From Lama guanicoe (lineage: Eukaryota), in NCBI GenBank assembly GCA_013239625.1, contig MU054129.1:65238-129237 (forward strand): DNA of 64,000 nucleotides, in the 5' to 3' direction. The translations under genes and the position numbers were made by a program. Shown piece after piece: positions 41,142 to 52,992 of the stretch. Within the stretch, counting starts at the first letter, position 1, and each line of letters opens with the position of its first letter. The notes under the pieces are model-generated. The model made no database searches and was not told where the DNA came from. It saw only the letters and a program-made list of their open reading frames with translations.

Positions 41142-41353
41142 CTTTGCTGAAGTCCTGCAGGTCCAGTGACAGACTGTAGCCAGGAAGCGTCTGCAGCAGG
41201 AGTCGGTAGCAGGCCTTCCCGCCAGGCTCCGGGATGCCGGGCGCCGAGCTTCACGGGGACAACCCGCTTGAAGAAGGCGGACTTGCAGTGGAAGCCGATC
41301 AACTCATAGAGCTCGGAGAGGAGGCTGCACTGCTGAATTCTCTCCTCGGAACG
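41142..41353 (-). pseudogene. TRAPPC9: isolated degenerate TRAPPC9 (NIBP/TRS120) exon, unprocessed pseudogene fragment
   Basis: The minus strand reads [31 protein letters not shown] and, after a 2-nt deletion near 41245, [34 protein letters not shown]. This matches recalled TRAPPC9 [72 protein letters not shown]. It is bounded by the acceptor 'ttttctccctgtgcttcag|' and the donor 'AAAG|gtttt'. Confidence 0.9.
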
Positions 41354-44300
41354 CTGAAGCACAGGGAGAAAAGCAACAAGCATCTGAACGAAACATGTAA
41401 GTGAACAAAGGCCCGGAAAAAAGGTTTTTCCATAAAACAGAGACCCGATGACACAGGAAGGAAGATGAAGGCTGACTTCGTGCACTGACGGGACCGGATG
41501 CAGAAACACAGAGAAGCAGCGCTGTGCAGACGCTCCAGACCCCCTCCGGGCCACACCTCTCCGCGTTCCGCCTGTCCTTTTACTAGAAAGGCCCCTATTC
41601 CCTGAAATAGAGGAACCTTCTACCTAAACATGGGACACAGAGAAGGGAAAGAGGAAAAGGAAGGGAAAGTAAAGAAACAACAGTTCCTCTAGACCCTAGG
41701 GTTTGGGCGGGACTTTCACCAAACACACAACCTCTCAAAGCACAGAGCGCACAGTGAGAGGCTGACAGTGTGACTGCGACTTCTGCTCCTTAAACACCAG
41801 CTCCCTGCCAGCACATGCTGTACCCATTACTGAATCATTACAATCATCTCAGAAACTATTACTACCCCGGCTCACAGGCAAGGAAATCTGAAACTCGGGG
41901 AGGAATTATTATCATCCTGGACAATGTCCCACAGCCCAGAAGTGTCAGAGCCGCAGGCAGACCCTGGACTAAAATGCTCCTCATCACCACGGGCCCTGAG
42001 CCTCAGACTGAGGCCACGTCAGGTCTGAACGGGCCCAGAGCACGAGTTTGTGGGACAGGGAATGCTCCCACTCGAAGTGCCAGGCCAAGAGCCTCAGGAA
42101 GCTATGTAATGAAACCAAAACCCCAAAGTCATTTTCAACCCACTGCCCTGTCCGGGAGGACTGCTCGGCACATCTGCGCTGTGCACAGGCTGAGCAAGGG
42201 GCCCAGACAGTGACGTGACGTCCCAGTGGAAGTGGCTCGGAGACCACTTCATCACAGGACAGACTCTCCCGGCTTCCAACGTTAGCTCTCCTTTCCATTT
42301 CCAACTGGAAAGTAAGTTTAGAATTGTTTTCCTCTCCTAGAAACAAAGAGAGTGGTAACATCAGCAGGAAACTCAAGACTGAGGAAGGGTCTCCTGGCCA
42401 TTTGGAAGGATAGGCCGGGGAGGGAAAAGAGACAGGGATCAGAAAGACCCGTGTTCCAGTCCAAAGTTTGCACGTCACTCGCTTTGACAGTTTCCTTTTT
42501 AATACAGGTGATAAAATGTAATTTTGATTGTTGGGAAAACTAAATGAAATAACGTAAGCCACTAGCATAAGTGTAAAATCCTCCATGAGTGTTCCAGAAA
42601 TGGACGTGACCGTGGTTAGTTACGGTCTCCCAAGTCTTGGGTGCTAAGCCCACATCAGCCAGCCAGAGATATGCCAAAGAATGCCTCAACAGCCAGCAGC
42701 CTTCTCCAAATTGGAAACTCACAGTGTCCGAAGAACAGGCAGTGGTGGATGCTTTGGGACACTGGAGGTAGCACTCCAGTGACGACTTTAAAAAGCTGGG
42801 GAGAATTTTGGGGACCACACATTTCAAATAAAGAAAACTCATTCCATGTCTACAAACATTCATCTCTAGCAATGATGATCCAGAGAGGAAACACATATTC
42901 TAACGTACACCATTTTCCCACATAAGTGCATCAAAACAATTTGGAAAGAATGTAACTTTCTTCTCTAGATCACACAGCGGGGACTACAAGGTTTGTACTG
43001 ACAGCCCTACTTGTAAATCATCTGCAAACGTAACTGGGTCCACTATCAGTCATCATAATTTGAAGGGAATGTTAGAAAAGAAAAAAGCCAAGCTAATACT
43101 CTCCAATCTTTTGTTTGGTTATGATGTCACAGAGGAGACGGACAGCTCAGTAAGGAACCACTCTGCCGTGATCACGGAGTCGGGGAGCGGGCTGGGCGGC
43201 AAGATGTATGACGCAGCTGTAGCTGTGCCCGCGCTTCTAGGCAGGTACCCAAAGTCACCTCGACAAGGTGTCAAACGCTTATGCCCACGTCCCCATCACC
43301 TGACATGTATCAAGGAGCAATGAAAACCTATAAACGGCCAATACCCTTGGTGGGTGCACCGTCCAAAGAGCAAAGTCACAGTTTGACAACTGGCCATCAC
43401 GGTTCCCTGGGATTCATTCTTGGAGAACCTTAAAAGCCACTCCTCTGTCCTCAAGAAATGCTGCCTATTATCCTATCTTTGGCTCAGGGATACAGCACGT
43501 TCACGTGGACTTCAATGTCTGCACAGATTTGACTGTCTTTCTCCAAGTTCACTTGTCCATTCTGAAGAGGCCTGAGTTAAGTCCATCTTTCATAAGATCA
43601 ATTCCCTCCAGTGACAACTCAACGGGACTGCAATTAAAAGCCAACTGAACAGGACAGTCCTCAGCTAAAAATGTCACCCACCCTTCACTGCTTTCTTAAT
43701 CTCCTCTCCTGGCTAATTGCAACAGACTAACACCACCCTCCACCAAGTTCCCCAACTATGTCAAATAGAAAATAAGGTCCATAAAAGAGGAGACAACTCC
43801 ATAGTCACCTCTGAATTCCTAGCATATAGTAATGTCAATAAATAGAACGATGATTATGGCTTCTTTCCTTTAAAACCTTTCGGGTTATTTAAATGAGACC
43901 ATGGAAGGGAGGTGTTAGGGTCCAGTATATTGATCCAGAAGACTCAGGAGGCCTTTTTCGGAATGGCTGTCCACGGATTCATTCAAAACACTTCTCTTTC
44001 CGGGAGGAGCTGTGATTTTCTGCCAGGAGTTTGTGGTCACTCTCATGCCACAACAGCCTTAAACTAAATCCTTACTTGGGATATGTTATTTTTTCCCCCG
44101 TTTCCAAAAAATTGACTTTCCTTACTTCCTTGCCTTGAGGAACGCTTCTTTTCCTTTCTTTCTAATTCACTCTTTTGTAAAGCAGGATTCTCAGGATGTG
44201 CTTGGCCTTACATAAGAACAGCCATCCAACTCCCAGTGTGAGAGACCTCGGGCTCACCTCCTGCCCTCCTGCCAGGGCAACTGAAACACAGTTCAGGAGC

Positions 44301-44459
44301 CAACCGGCACCCCAGGGCTTGTAAGGCTCATGTATCACCCAGAATCCCTGCTTTCTGGTTTGTCTTGGCTTCTGAGGATTTCCCCTCACTTTCTTGACAA
44401 TTAGCTGTGCAGCTTGAAAGATGAGGAAGGAAGGTATTATTTCTTAATCATTATATTAA

Positions 44460-44507
44460 NNNNNNNNNNNNNNNNNNNNNNNNNNNNNNNNNNNNNNNNN
44501 NNNNNNN
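44460..44507. other. assembly gap (N run)
   Basis: Run of N. Confidence 1.
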
Positions 44508-46019
44508 GGCCGAGACACACACTGGAAATTTTCTAAATTTAGCTATCATGTGCATTTTTCTTTGCTTTTGTTTTCTTAACTGCTAACAGACATTTTTTAA
44601 TTAAAAAAAAATAAGGCCCCAAATAGGATAGAAACTTGAAGGGGCAAACAAAATTTAAGGGCAAATACAGAAAAACGATAAGTACTCTACAAAGTTAATA
44701 GAATGCATACACTATGGATCAGATCAGCAATTCTCAGTAACAACTAATTGAAACCTGACCATGAGGTAAAACATCTCTCCTATCAAGAGATGGCCAACAG
44801 AAAATAGAATTAAATCAACAAACTAAAATTCTAAGTCTGGCGAAGTACAGAATGCTACCAGCTTAATGTGTCTTCTTCTGGAAAAGAGGGAGTCTCACCA
44901 GCTCTTTTCTGTGGAGCCTGGGCCCACGGAAGGACGGTGAAGTGAGCTCTGTAAGTACCCAATTAGCAAAGTCAGTGATGAATAAAGAGACGTGAGCTTT
45001 GATGACAGACATGATATTACTATTCACTTGTCCTGAAAAGTAAGTCTTCACGTTCAGTGATCAATACCTCGGCGTCCCCAGGGATTGAGATTATAGGAAA
45101 ATGCCCAGCCCGGGCCCAGACCTCCTCTGTCAGCTTGCGACACTGCACTTAGTTGTCTCAAGGGCACCTCCAACTTCATCTGCACAGAGCTGACTTCACG
45201 GTACTCCTCCCATAGCCGTCCTGCCCAGGGCCCCTGGTCAGGGGGCAAGGTCTCTCTGCCTCTCCCAGCTCAGGCCCATCAGTCACAGATGTGAATGGAC
45301 CCCTCTTCCAGGGCCCAAATTCCTCAGTCAATGAGTCCCACCACCCTCACCTGTCCTACCAGGTACTCACTGGCACTCTCTCAGCACCGACTGTGTGCTG
45401 GTGACCACAATGCACACTGTGCACACATTATCTCACTGGATCACCACAGCAGTCCTGGGAAGTCAGTATATCACTGCTTCACTTGATTAGATAAATTGTT
45501 TCATTTCTATTTGTGCGTCATCCAAACTGACACAATTACTGAGCCACAAACTTGGGACTGAAAACCACTTGAAAACTGAACACTGCAACACCTCGCAGCC
45601 ACCCTACTCTGACTCATCACATCACCTCCTGCCGAGCCTTCTAAATGTTTCCAAGCATTCTACAAGACAAAAGTGATCTATGAGAGCACCCACTCCTCTA
45701 CTTAAAATCTGTCAATGACGATCCACTGCCCTTAGGAGAAAGCCCCACCAAGCCTGAGCACAGCCCAACGGCCCGGCATCTGCGTACCCTGTGCTGCCGC
45801 GCCGCCTCACCCACCACGCAGCTCTACACGTGCCGTGTCCAGGACAGGGATGCTGACTCCACACAACCCAGGGCTTGTCTCACTCGAACAATGATCACAT
45901 TCTTCAGTGGTCACCCACTTCATTGCTGACTCAGAAAAATGTTTTCTCAGGATGAATCAATATCTTTTTCCTTACAAATTCCCTTCATTGATAATGAGCT
46001 CCCCCCATAATAGAGAGGA

Positions 46020-46150
46020 CCTAATTCTCAGTCTCCTTATCTGTAAAGTGAGAATAACAAGGAAATATGTGAGATTTTAAGTGAAATAATATTCATGTGA
46101 GGCTGAGGGACAATTCCCAACATACAGTAAGCACGCAATATGTACTTACT
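46020..46150 (+). mobile_element. MIR relic
   Basis: 'tctcagtctccttatctgtaaagtgagaataacaa...gtgagattttaagtgaaataat...acatacagtaagcacgcaata'. Confidence 0.65.
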
Positions 46151-47626
46151 TAGAATTAGTAAGAATATGTTGCATTCCAGCAACCTTAAATCAATGTTTT
46201 ATGGCTTTGTCCAAAAGACTACTGACAAACTGTTGGACGAACCACTTTGAGCAGATCAGCACAAGCGTACTGGGATAGGTAAGCGCTGACTCCAGTTGCA
46301 GCTGCAGCCACCCAGCACTACGGGGCAGGGGCAGTTTGCTCAAACTCTTACATGTTGCTTGAGCATTTAGTTGTCGTTATTGAATAAAGACAGGTGTTCT
46401 TTAGTCAAAGCTCCTGAAACATAAATCTTCAAAGATTGATGCAAATTAGGTTTCAAGTACAACACTCTCACTAGAAATTATTTGAAAATGATAGTCTTAG
46501 CTCCTCTGCACATCAAAAGGGCATGTTCTTAATGTATCTTACTAAATACACCGAAATGGTTGTTTAAAAGAAAGTAAGATGAAGCCATCCTGAATAAGCT
46601 CTCAGTGTCATCTGCACAAAGCCCCACCCAAGGGTCTCATTTCTCACTTCCACACAGGTGTTCAGTTAGCTAAACTTGGGTCTTGGTTTCTTATAACATG
46701 GGGGTGGGAAGAGCTGTGGCTAGATTTATGTAGCAAATATAAACCTAAGGTATTTGCTGTGTAGGAATCCTAGAAGTAAACAAATTGATATATAGTCCCA
46801 CCCTTAAGAAGCTCAGCCTTTCCATTTACAACAGCATTAAAAATAAAATAAGAGATACATTTAACAAAAATTTACAAGATTTGTACATTTAACATTTTGA
46901 AGTATCACCAAAATAACATTTAAAAGATCTACATATAAGGAAGACATCCCATGTTCATGGAATGGTAGACAATATTGTTAAAATCGTTAAGACTCCCCAA
47001 AGTGACTTACAAATTCAGTGGAATCCCTATCAAAATTCCAGCTGACTTCTTTGGAAAAATTGAAAAACTGATCCCAAAATTCATATGGACGTGCAAGGGA
47101 CCCAGGTCAACCAAAACAATATTGAAAAAGTAGTACAAAGTTCGAGGACTCACTTTAAAGGGTACTAAAAAGATATAGTACTCAAGTAAGTATGCTACTG
47201 GCATAAGTATAGATAAATAAATCTATGAGACACAATAAAAACCCAGAGGGAAAAAACTAACATTTACAGTCAGTTTTCCACAAGGGTGCCAACAACACTC
47301 CATTGAAAGAATAGTCTATTCAACAAATGGTGCAAGGACAGCTGGGTATCTGCAGACAAAAGAATGAATCTGTAATCTGGACCCCCATATTTTATATAAC
47401 AAATAAACATTAATTCAAAATGGATCACAGACAGAAAAGTAAAAACTAAACCTATAAACTTTCTAAAAGAAGACACAGTATAAATCTCTGTGGTCCTAGG
47501 ATAGGCTTTGGTTTCCTAGATACAGTACAAAGAGCACAATGATAGATGATAAAAGCAGATAAACTGGACTTCATCAAAATTAAAAACTTTTTCTTACAAA
47601 GGACATCATCAAGTAAGTGAAATTAC

Positions 47627-47745
47627 AGGGGAAATAGGTATCTCGATAGAGTGCGTGCTTAGCAAGAACAATAAAATAGATCAATATATCTAATTACCTC
47701 CCCTGTAAAGAAATTGTTTTAATGTTTAAAAAAATGAAAATGAAA
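47627..47745 (+). mobile_element. degenerate camelid-type tRNA-derived SINE inserted in L1
   Basis: 'gatagagtgcgtgcttagca...tctaattacctcccc' is shared with the SINE at 51205. It is flanked by the approximate TSD tgaaattac/tgaaatgac. Confidence 0.6.
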
Positions 47746-48141
47746 TGACAATCTGTACAATAGGAGAAAAATTTTGCAAAGCATATATCTAATAAAAGAC
47801 TAGCATCCAGGATATATAACAAGTGCTTACAACTGAAGAATACAGAGAAAATCGACCCAAGTTTTAAATTTCCCAAGGATTTAAATAGATACACAAATGG
47901 CCAATAAGCATATGAAAAGATGCTCAGCATCACTAGCCAAATCAAAATCAAAATGAGATCTCATTTTACACCCACTAGGATGGTTATAATCAAAACATGG
48001 GCAATAACCAGTGTCTTTCAGGAGGCAGAGATACTTCATATGCAGCCAGTGGAAAGGGACAATGGTGCAGCTTCTTTCAAGAAGTCTGGTGTTTCCTCAA
48101 AAGGATAGTTATATGGCTCAGCAATTCAACTCCTACATATA

Positions 48142-48282
48142 GAGTCATCCCTCAGTATCCTTGGGGGGTTGGTTTCAGGAACACCCCCACCCTGGATTCC
48201 ATAATCCAAGGATGTTTGAGTCCCTTTACTATCAGCCATCTGGATCCATGAAGTTGAAACTACAGATATGGTGGGCCAACTG
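48142..48282 (+). mobile_element. MER2-like TcMar-Tigger MITE
   Basis: TA|gagtcatccctcagtatcc...gatatggtgggccaactg|TA, i.e. imperfect terminal inverted repeats with a TA target duplication. Confidence 0.7.
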
Positions 48283-48414
48283 TACAGCCAACAGAATGGA
48301 AACATATTCTCACAAAAACTTTCACATCAATATTCATAGCAGTATCATTCAGAGTAGCCAAAAGTTACAAACAATATCCATCCATCTATGAATGGATAAA
48401 GAAAATTATCAAGA

Positions 48415-50230
48415 ATAGTCCCTCAAAATTTTGGTCATTTAATAATTGACAAAGGAGGTGAGAACATACAATGGAGTAAAGACAGCCTCTTCAGAAAAAG
48501 ATGTAGGGAAAATTGGACAGCTGCATGTAAATCAATGAAGTTAGACTACTCCCTCACAGCATACACAAAAATATATTCAAAATGGCCTAAAGACGTAAAC
48601 ATGTAGACAAACACTATAAACCTCATAGAAGAAAACATAGGCAAAATATTTGACATACATCTCAGCAATGTTCTCCTAGACCAGTCTACTCAAGCAATAG
48701 AAATAAAAGCAATAGTATACAAGTGGGATCTAATTAAACTTACAAGATTCACACAGCAAAGGAAACAATAAGCAAAACAAAAAGACATCCTATGGAATGG
48801 GAGAAAATATTTGCAATAAATGAGACTGACAAGGGCTTTATTTCCATAATATACAAACAGCTTTTACACTTAATAAGAAAGAAAAACAAACAATTCAATC
48901 CAAAAATGGGCAGAAGACCTAAAGAAACATTTCTCCAATGAAGACATACAAATGGCCAATAGGCACATGAAAAAATGCTCAATATCATTATCAGAGAAAT
49001 GCAAATCAAAACTGCAATCAAGTATCACCTCTCACCAGTCAGAATAGCCATCATTCAGAAGTTCACAAACAATAATGCTGGAGAGGCTGTGGAGAATATG
49101 GAACCCTCCTACACTGTGGTGGGAATGCAGTTTGGTGGAGCCATTGTGGAAAACTGTATACAGGTTCCTCAAAAGACAAAAAATTGACCTCCCATATGAC
49201 CCAGCAATCCCTCTCCTGGGCATACATCCAGAAGGAACCGTAATTCAAAAAGACACCTACACCCCAATGTTCACTGCAGCACTATTTACAATAGCAAGAC
49301 ATGGAAACAACCTAAATGTCCACTGACAGATGACTGGATAAAGAGGTTGTAGTATATTTGTCCAATAGACTACTATTCAGCCATAAAAAAATAATAAAAC
49401 AATGCCATTTGCAGCAACATGAATGGACCTGGACAATGTCATTCTAAGTGAAGTAAGCCAGAAAGAGAAATAAAAATACCGTATGAGATCGCTCACATGT
49501 GGAATCGAAAAAAAAAAAACACAAAAACAAAAAGACAAACTTATCTACAGAACAGAAACAGACACAGAGACATAGAAACCAAACTATGTTTACCAGAGGA
49601 GAGAGAGTGAGGGAAAGAATAAATTGGGAGTTCTTTGAAGGAAAATCCCAGCTGGGCTAACAAGATAACTCATAAATCTGAAGTTTAGTGTCAGTTTACT
49701 GGGCTAACAAGCTAACTCGTAAATCCAAGCTCAACAAGTGTCAGTAACATAATCTGTTCCGAATTGATAAGCTTCAGTGTACTGATTCCTTGCTTTTTGT
49801 TGTTTGAGCCTTATTGGCTAATAGCCCCATACTTGTAATTAACCCTATAAAACCTCATGTGCACATCTTGGAGGTGCTCAGAGCTTCGGAGCAGAAGCCC
49901 CTGGGAGCCCACTGGCGTAATAAATCTCAGCACTCCAACCCTTCGAGTGGTGCTTGTTTCTTGTCTGGCCTGTCATTTCCGTAACAGTTCAAGATTTGCA
50001 GATACTGACTATATATAGCATAAAAAGAAAGTTTATACTGTATAGCACAGGAAAATATATTTAATATCTTATATTAACTTATGTTTAAAAAGAATATGAA
50101 AATGAATACAGCTATGTTCCTATATAACTGAAGTGTTGTGCTGTACACAAGAAATTGATGCAACATTATAAACTGACTAAACTTCAATGAAAATATTTTT
50201 AAAAAGACCAAAAATGAAAAAAAAGAAAAA
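48415..50230 (+). mobile_element. younger 5'-truncated L1 (ORF2 end, 3' UTR, A tail) nested in the older L1M
   Basis: Well-preserved ORF2 C-terminal motifs ([37 protein letters not shown]), an A-rich tail, and an approximate TSD aagaaaattatcaa/aaggatattatcaa. Confidence 0.9.
49634..49986 (+). mobile_element. solo LTR (353 bp, short U3 variant) inserted in the L1 3' UTR
   Basis: TSD GTTC on both sides, TATA-like 'ctataaaa', AATAAA, ends ...taaca. Near-identical to the 3' part of the LTR at 52479-52992. Confidence 0.9.
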
Positions 50231-50709
50231 GGATATTATCAAACCAAAAGAATAAAGTACTGATTCAGGCTACAACATGGATGAACTTTGAATCTTTATG
50301 CTGAAATAAGCCAGACACAAAAGGAAAATACTGCCCTTTAAGGTGAAATTTATCTAAGCGTTTATTGTACTATTCCTGTAAATATTCCGGAGTTTTGAAA
50401 TCTATCAAAATCAAAATAAAATGTAATATTCATTAAAACCATAAAACGATTCCTCACACGAGGGCTTTAATTATTAAATGCAGAAATGCATGTAAAGCTC
50501 CTGGAACAAAAATTTGCACGTCCACAGTCACTGCTGTCACTGCCACTCAGAGGGTGGTGCCATCGCTGATGAGAGCTGCCTCCACTCGCTCCTCTGCAGA
50601 CAGCAGTGAGGGCCTGGGCTCTGACAGGCAGAGTGACGGTGAACCTGGATCAGACACAGCCATGCCCCAGACTCTGCATTACCCAACTTTCTTATACAAA
50701 CTGCTCCAT

Positions 50710-50860
50710 GTAATATGAACACGCTACAGGGATGTATCTTACAAAACAGGGAATACAGCCAAGGTTTTACAGTAACTATAAATGAAGCATCTGTTGTACA
50801 CCTGAAACTTATATCATATTGTAAATCAGCTATACCTTTATAAAAAATTAAAAAATAATT
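50710..50860 (+). mobile_element. L1 extreme 3' end fragment
   Basis: 'acagggaatacagccaa...gtaactataaatg...gttgtacacctgaaactta..atattgtaaatcagctatac' followed by an A-rich tail. Confidence 0.7.
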
Positions 50861-51204
50861 TTAAAATGTTATAACTTTAATATTCAATCCGGTTTTTAAG
50901 TAACCACTAAACAGCTTAGAATATATAAAAGCATTTAAATGTGATAAGTTTGTTTACATATTTATTTACTTTTAGCCTCCTGCTAAAAGAGAAATTAAAC
51001 AATTTTTTAAACACAGCTTAACAACCATAACAACAAAAAGACAAAAGTGAGAGTGAAGAGAAAATGGAGATTCAATACTTAAATGAAACAAGGAGGAGAT
51101 AAAGTCATAAAAATGGATGCCATGAAGTCAGGGCAAGTGTTAAAGGCCGACTAGAAATTCAGCTGTAAGATTCTTGGCAGCTAAAGCAAAAAGAAAAAGA
51201 TGAT

Positions 51205-51410
51205 GGGGCGGGTGGTAGAGGTCAGTGATAGAGCGTGTGCTTAGCATGCACGGGGTCCTCAGTTTAAGCTCCAGGCCTCCACTAAAAGATAAATACACCT
51301 AATTACCTATCACCCCAAAAGAGCCCCAAAGAAAAGAAAAAGAGAAATTTCTTTCCTACAAATTCTGATATTAAATTTAGATTAAATACTTAAAACAAAA
51401 AAGAAAAATA
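51205..51410 (+). mobile_element. camelid-type tRNA-derived SINE
   Basis: 'ggggcgggtggtagaggtcagtgatagagcgtgtgcttagcatgcacggggtcctcagtttaagctcc...acctaattacct' has a tRNA-Ala-like head with A/B-box relics. Approximate TSD agaaaaagatga/agaaaaggatga. Confidence 0.75.
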
Positions 51411-51605
51411 GAAAAGGATGAGTGACACAAGCGATAATCCCCGTGTGATAAATCTGCAGTGGCTGCTGGCAGGTCCCCATGTCCCACGTGGGAAAATCTA
51501 AAACATCCTTCTCACCACTCAGAGTCATCCTCAGCCCACCCCATCCCTCCCGCTGTTAAATGCAGGAGCACAGGCAGGGCCTTTGCTCTCTCTGTGTCAT
51601 CACAG

Positions 51606-52215
51606 TGAGACAGGATGGAAGGGGGCAGAGCACAGCCATTCAAGGAAGGCCACAGCAATTAACATCAAAATGGTGAAGGATTCAACCCCCACCCGACCTT
51701 GAGGCTCAGNNNNNNNNNNNNNNNNNNNNNNNNNNNNNNNNNNNNNNNNNNNNNNNNNNNNNNNNNNNNNNNNNNNNNNNNNNNNNGGCACCAAGGCCAA
51801 GGCTAGCCACAAAAGGTCACAGTGTGGGAAATGGCCAACTCCCTGGGAATCGCAGCCCCTTGCCCTAAGGCTGGTCCTTCTACTTATTAGCATATGAAGC
51901 CACCAAGCCCATGAAAAAGAGCAAGCACAGCGCTGCCTTTTGGTCCCCACCCTCTCTCCCTCTTCGTAGAAGGACTACACTCTGTGGAATGTGTACCTAC
52001 TTTTAATGTGAGCACCAAACCCCCACACCTCGTGGCCTTTCTCTTGCTTTAAATGTGTCTCTGTGAATAAATCTACCATTACTCAACAGTGACTTGCTCT
52101 TGAATTGTTTCCTGCACTAAGCCAAGGGCATTCGTCGGGCAGGGCACATCCCAGGGGCTCAACCAAAGCCTGGGACACAGCTCTTCTCATGCCCCACATC
52201 TATTTTCTTGTATCA
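51606..52215 (+). mobile_element. solo LTR (ERV1-like) spanning an assembly gap
   Basis: TGAGACAGG...CTTGTATCA termini, perfect TSD ACAG (51602-51605, 52216-52219), AATAAA near 52067. Confidence 0.8.
51710..51786. other. assembly gap (N run)
   Basis: Run of N. Confidence 1.
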
Positions 52216-52228
52216 ACAGGACTGGGTT

Positions 52229-52297
52229 GTGAAGGGAGCTCTGAGGCCCCAGTGAAGGGAGCTATGAGGTCCCAGTGAAGGGAGCTCTGAGGCCCCA
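52229..52297 (+). repeat. 23-bp minisatellite x3
   Basis: gtgaagggagctctgaggcccca occurs three times; the middle copy has 2 substitutions. Confidence 0.9.
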
Positions 52298-52478
52298 GCT
52301 AAGGGACAGAAGCAGCCTCCAGGGCTCAAAATGACGGGCAGCCCCTCCCCCAGCAGTGGCCCTGGGGTTGGACGGTTCTCTGTGGTTCTCTGTTGTGCTG
52401 ACTCCCCAGGCAGAGAGAGTTCTCCCTAGGCCCCTGTCCCCACAAAACCCTTCTCTCCAAAATACAAGCACATCATGT

Positions 52479-52992
52479 TGTGAAGGAAAAGCCCAGCTGG
52501 GATAACAAGCTAAGTCACAAATCTAAGTGCAACAAGTGTCGGATTACTGATCTGAGTTCTGCTGGGCTAACTCATAAATCTGAAGTTTAGTGTCAGTCTA
52601 TTGGGCTAACGAGCTCAGTTACAAATCTAAGTGTGATAAGTGTCGGTTTACTGATATAAGTTCTGCCGGGATAACTTGTAAATCTAAAGTTTAGTGTCAG
52701 TTTACTGGGCTAACAAGCTAACTCGTAAATCCAAGCTCAACAAGTGTCAGTAACGTGATCTGTTCCAAATTGATAAGCTCCAGTGTACTGATTCCTTGCT
52801 TTTTGTTGTTTGAGCCTTATTGGCTAATAGCCCCATACTTGTAATTAACCCTATAAAACCTCATGTGCACGTCTTGGAGGTGCTCAGAGCTTCGGAGCAG
52901 AAGCCCCTCTGAGCCCGCCGGCGTAATAAATCTGAGTACTCCAACCTTCCAAGAGGTGCTTGTTTCCTGGCTGGCCTGTCATTTCCATAACA
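52479..52992 (+). mobile_element. solo LTR (514 bp) with ~104-bp U3 tandem repeats
   Basis: TGTG...AACA termini, perfect TSD ATGT, TATA-like box and AATAAA. Same family as the LTR at 49634-49986. Confidence 0.9.

Larger units (their letters stand above)
46820..48410 (+). mobile_element. old L1M ORF2 3' portion (resumes at ~50240-50440), host to nested insertions
   Basis: 'gaagacatcccatgttcatgga...aaattcatatgga...tcaacaaatggtgc...aattcaaaatggatcacagac...ataaactggacttcatcaaaattaaaaactt', with many stops. Confidence 0.9.

Noticed and set aside
41984..42586. 200-aa minus-strand ORF next to the TRAPPC9 exon
   Set aside because: No similarity to TRAPPC9 or any family I recognise; likely a chance intronic ORF.
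14906..49990. Same TSD (GTTC) at two solo LTRs as target-site specificity
   Set aside because: The two LTRs are from different families, the other TSDs differ (ATGT, ACAG), and a 4-bp coincidence is unremarkable.
51205..51285. tRNA gene
   Set aside because: The degenerate tRNA-like head is followed by a SINE body, A-rich tail and TSD, so it is a SINE.
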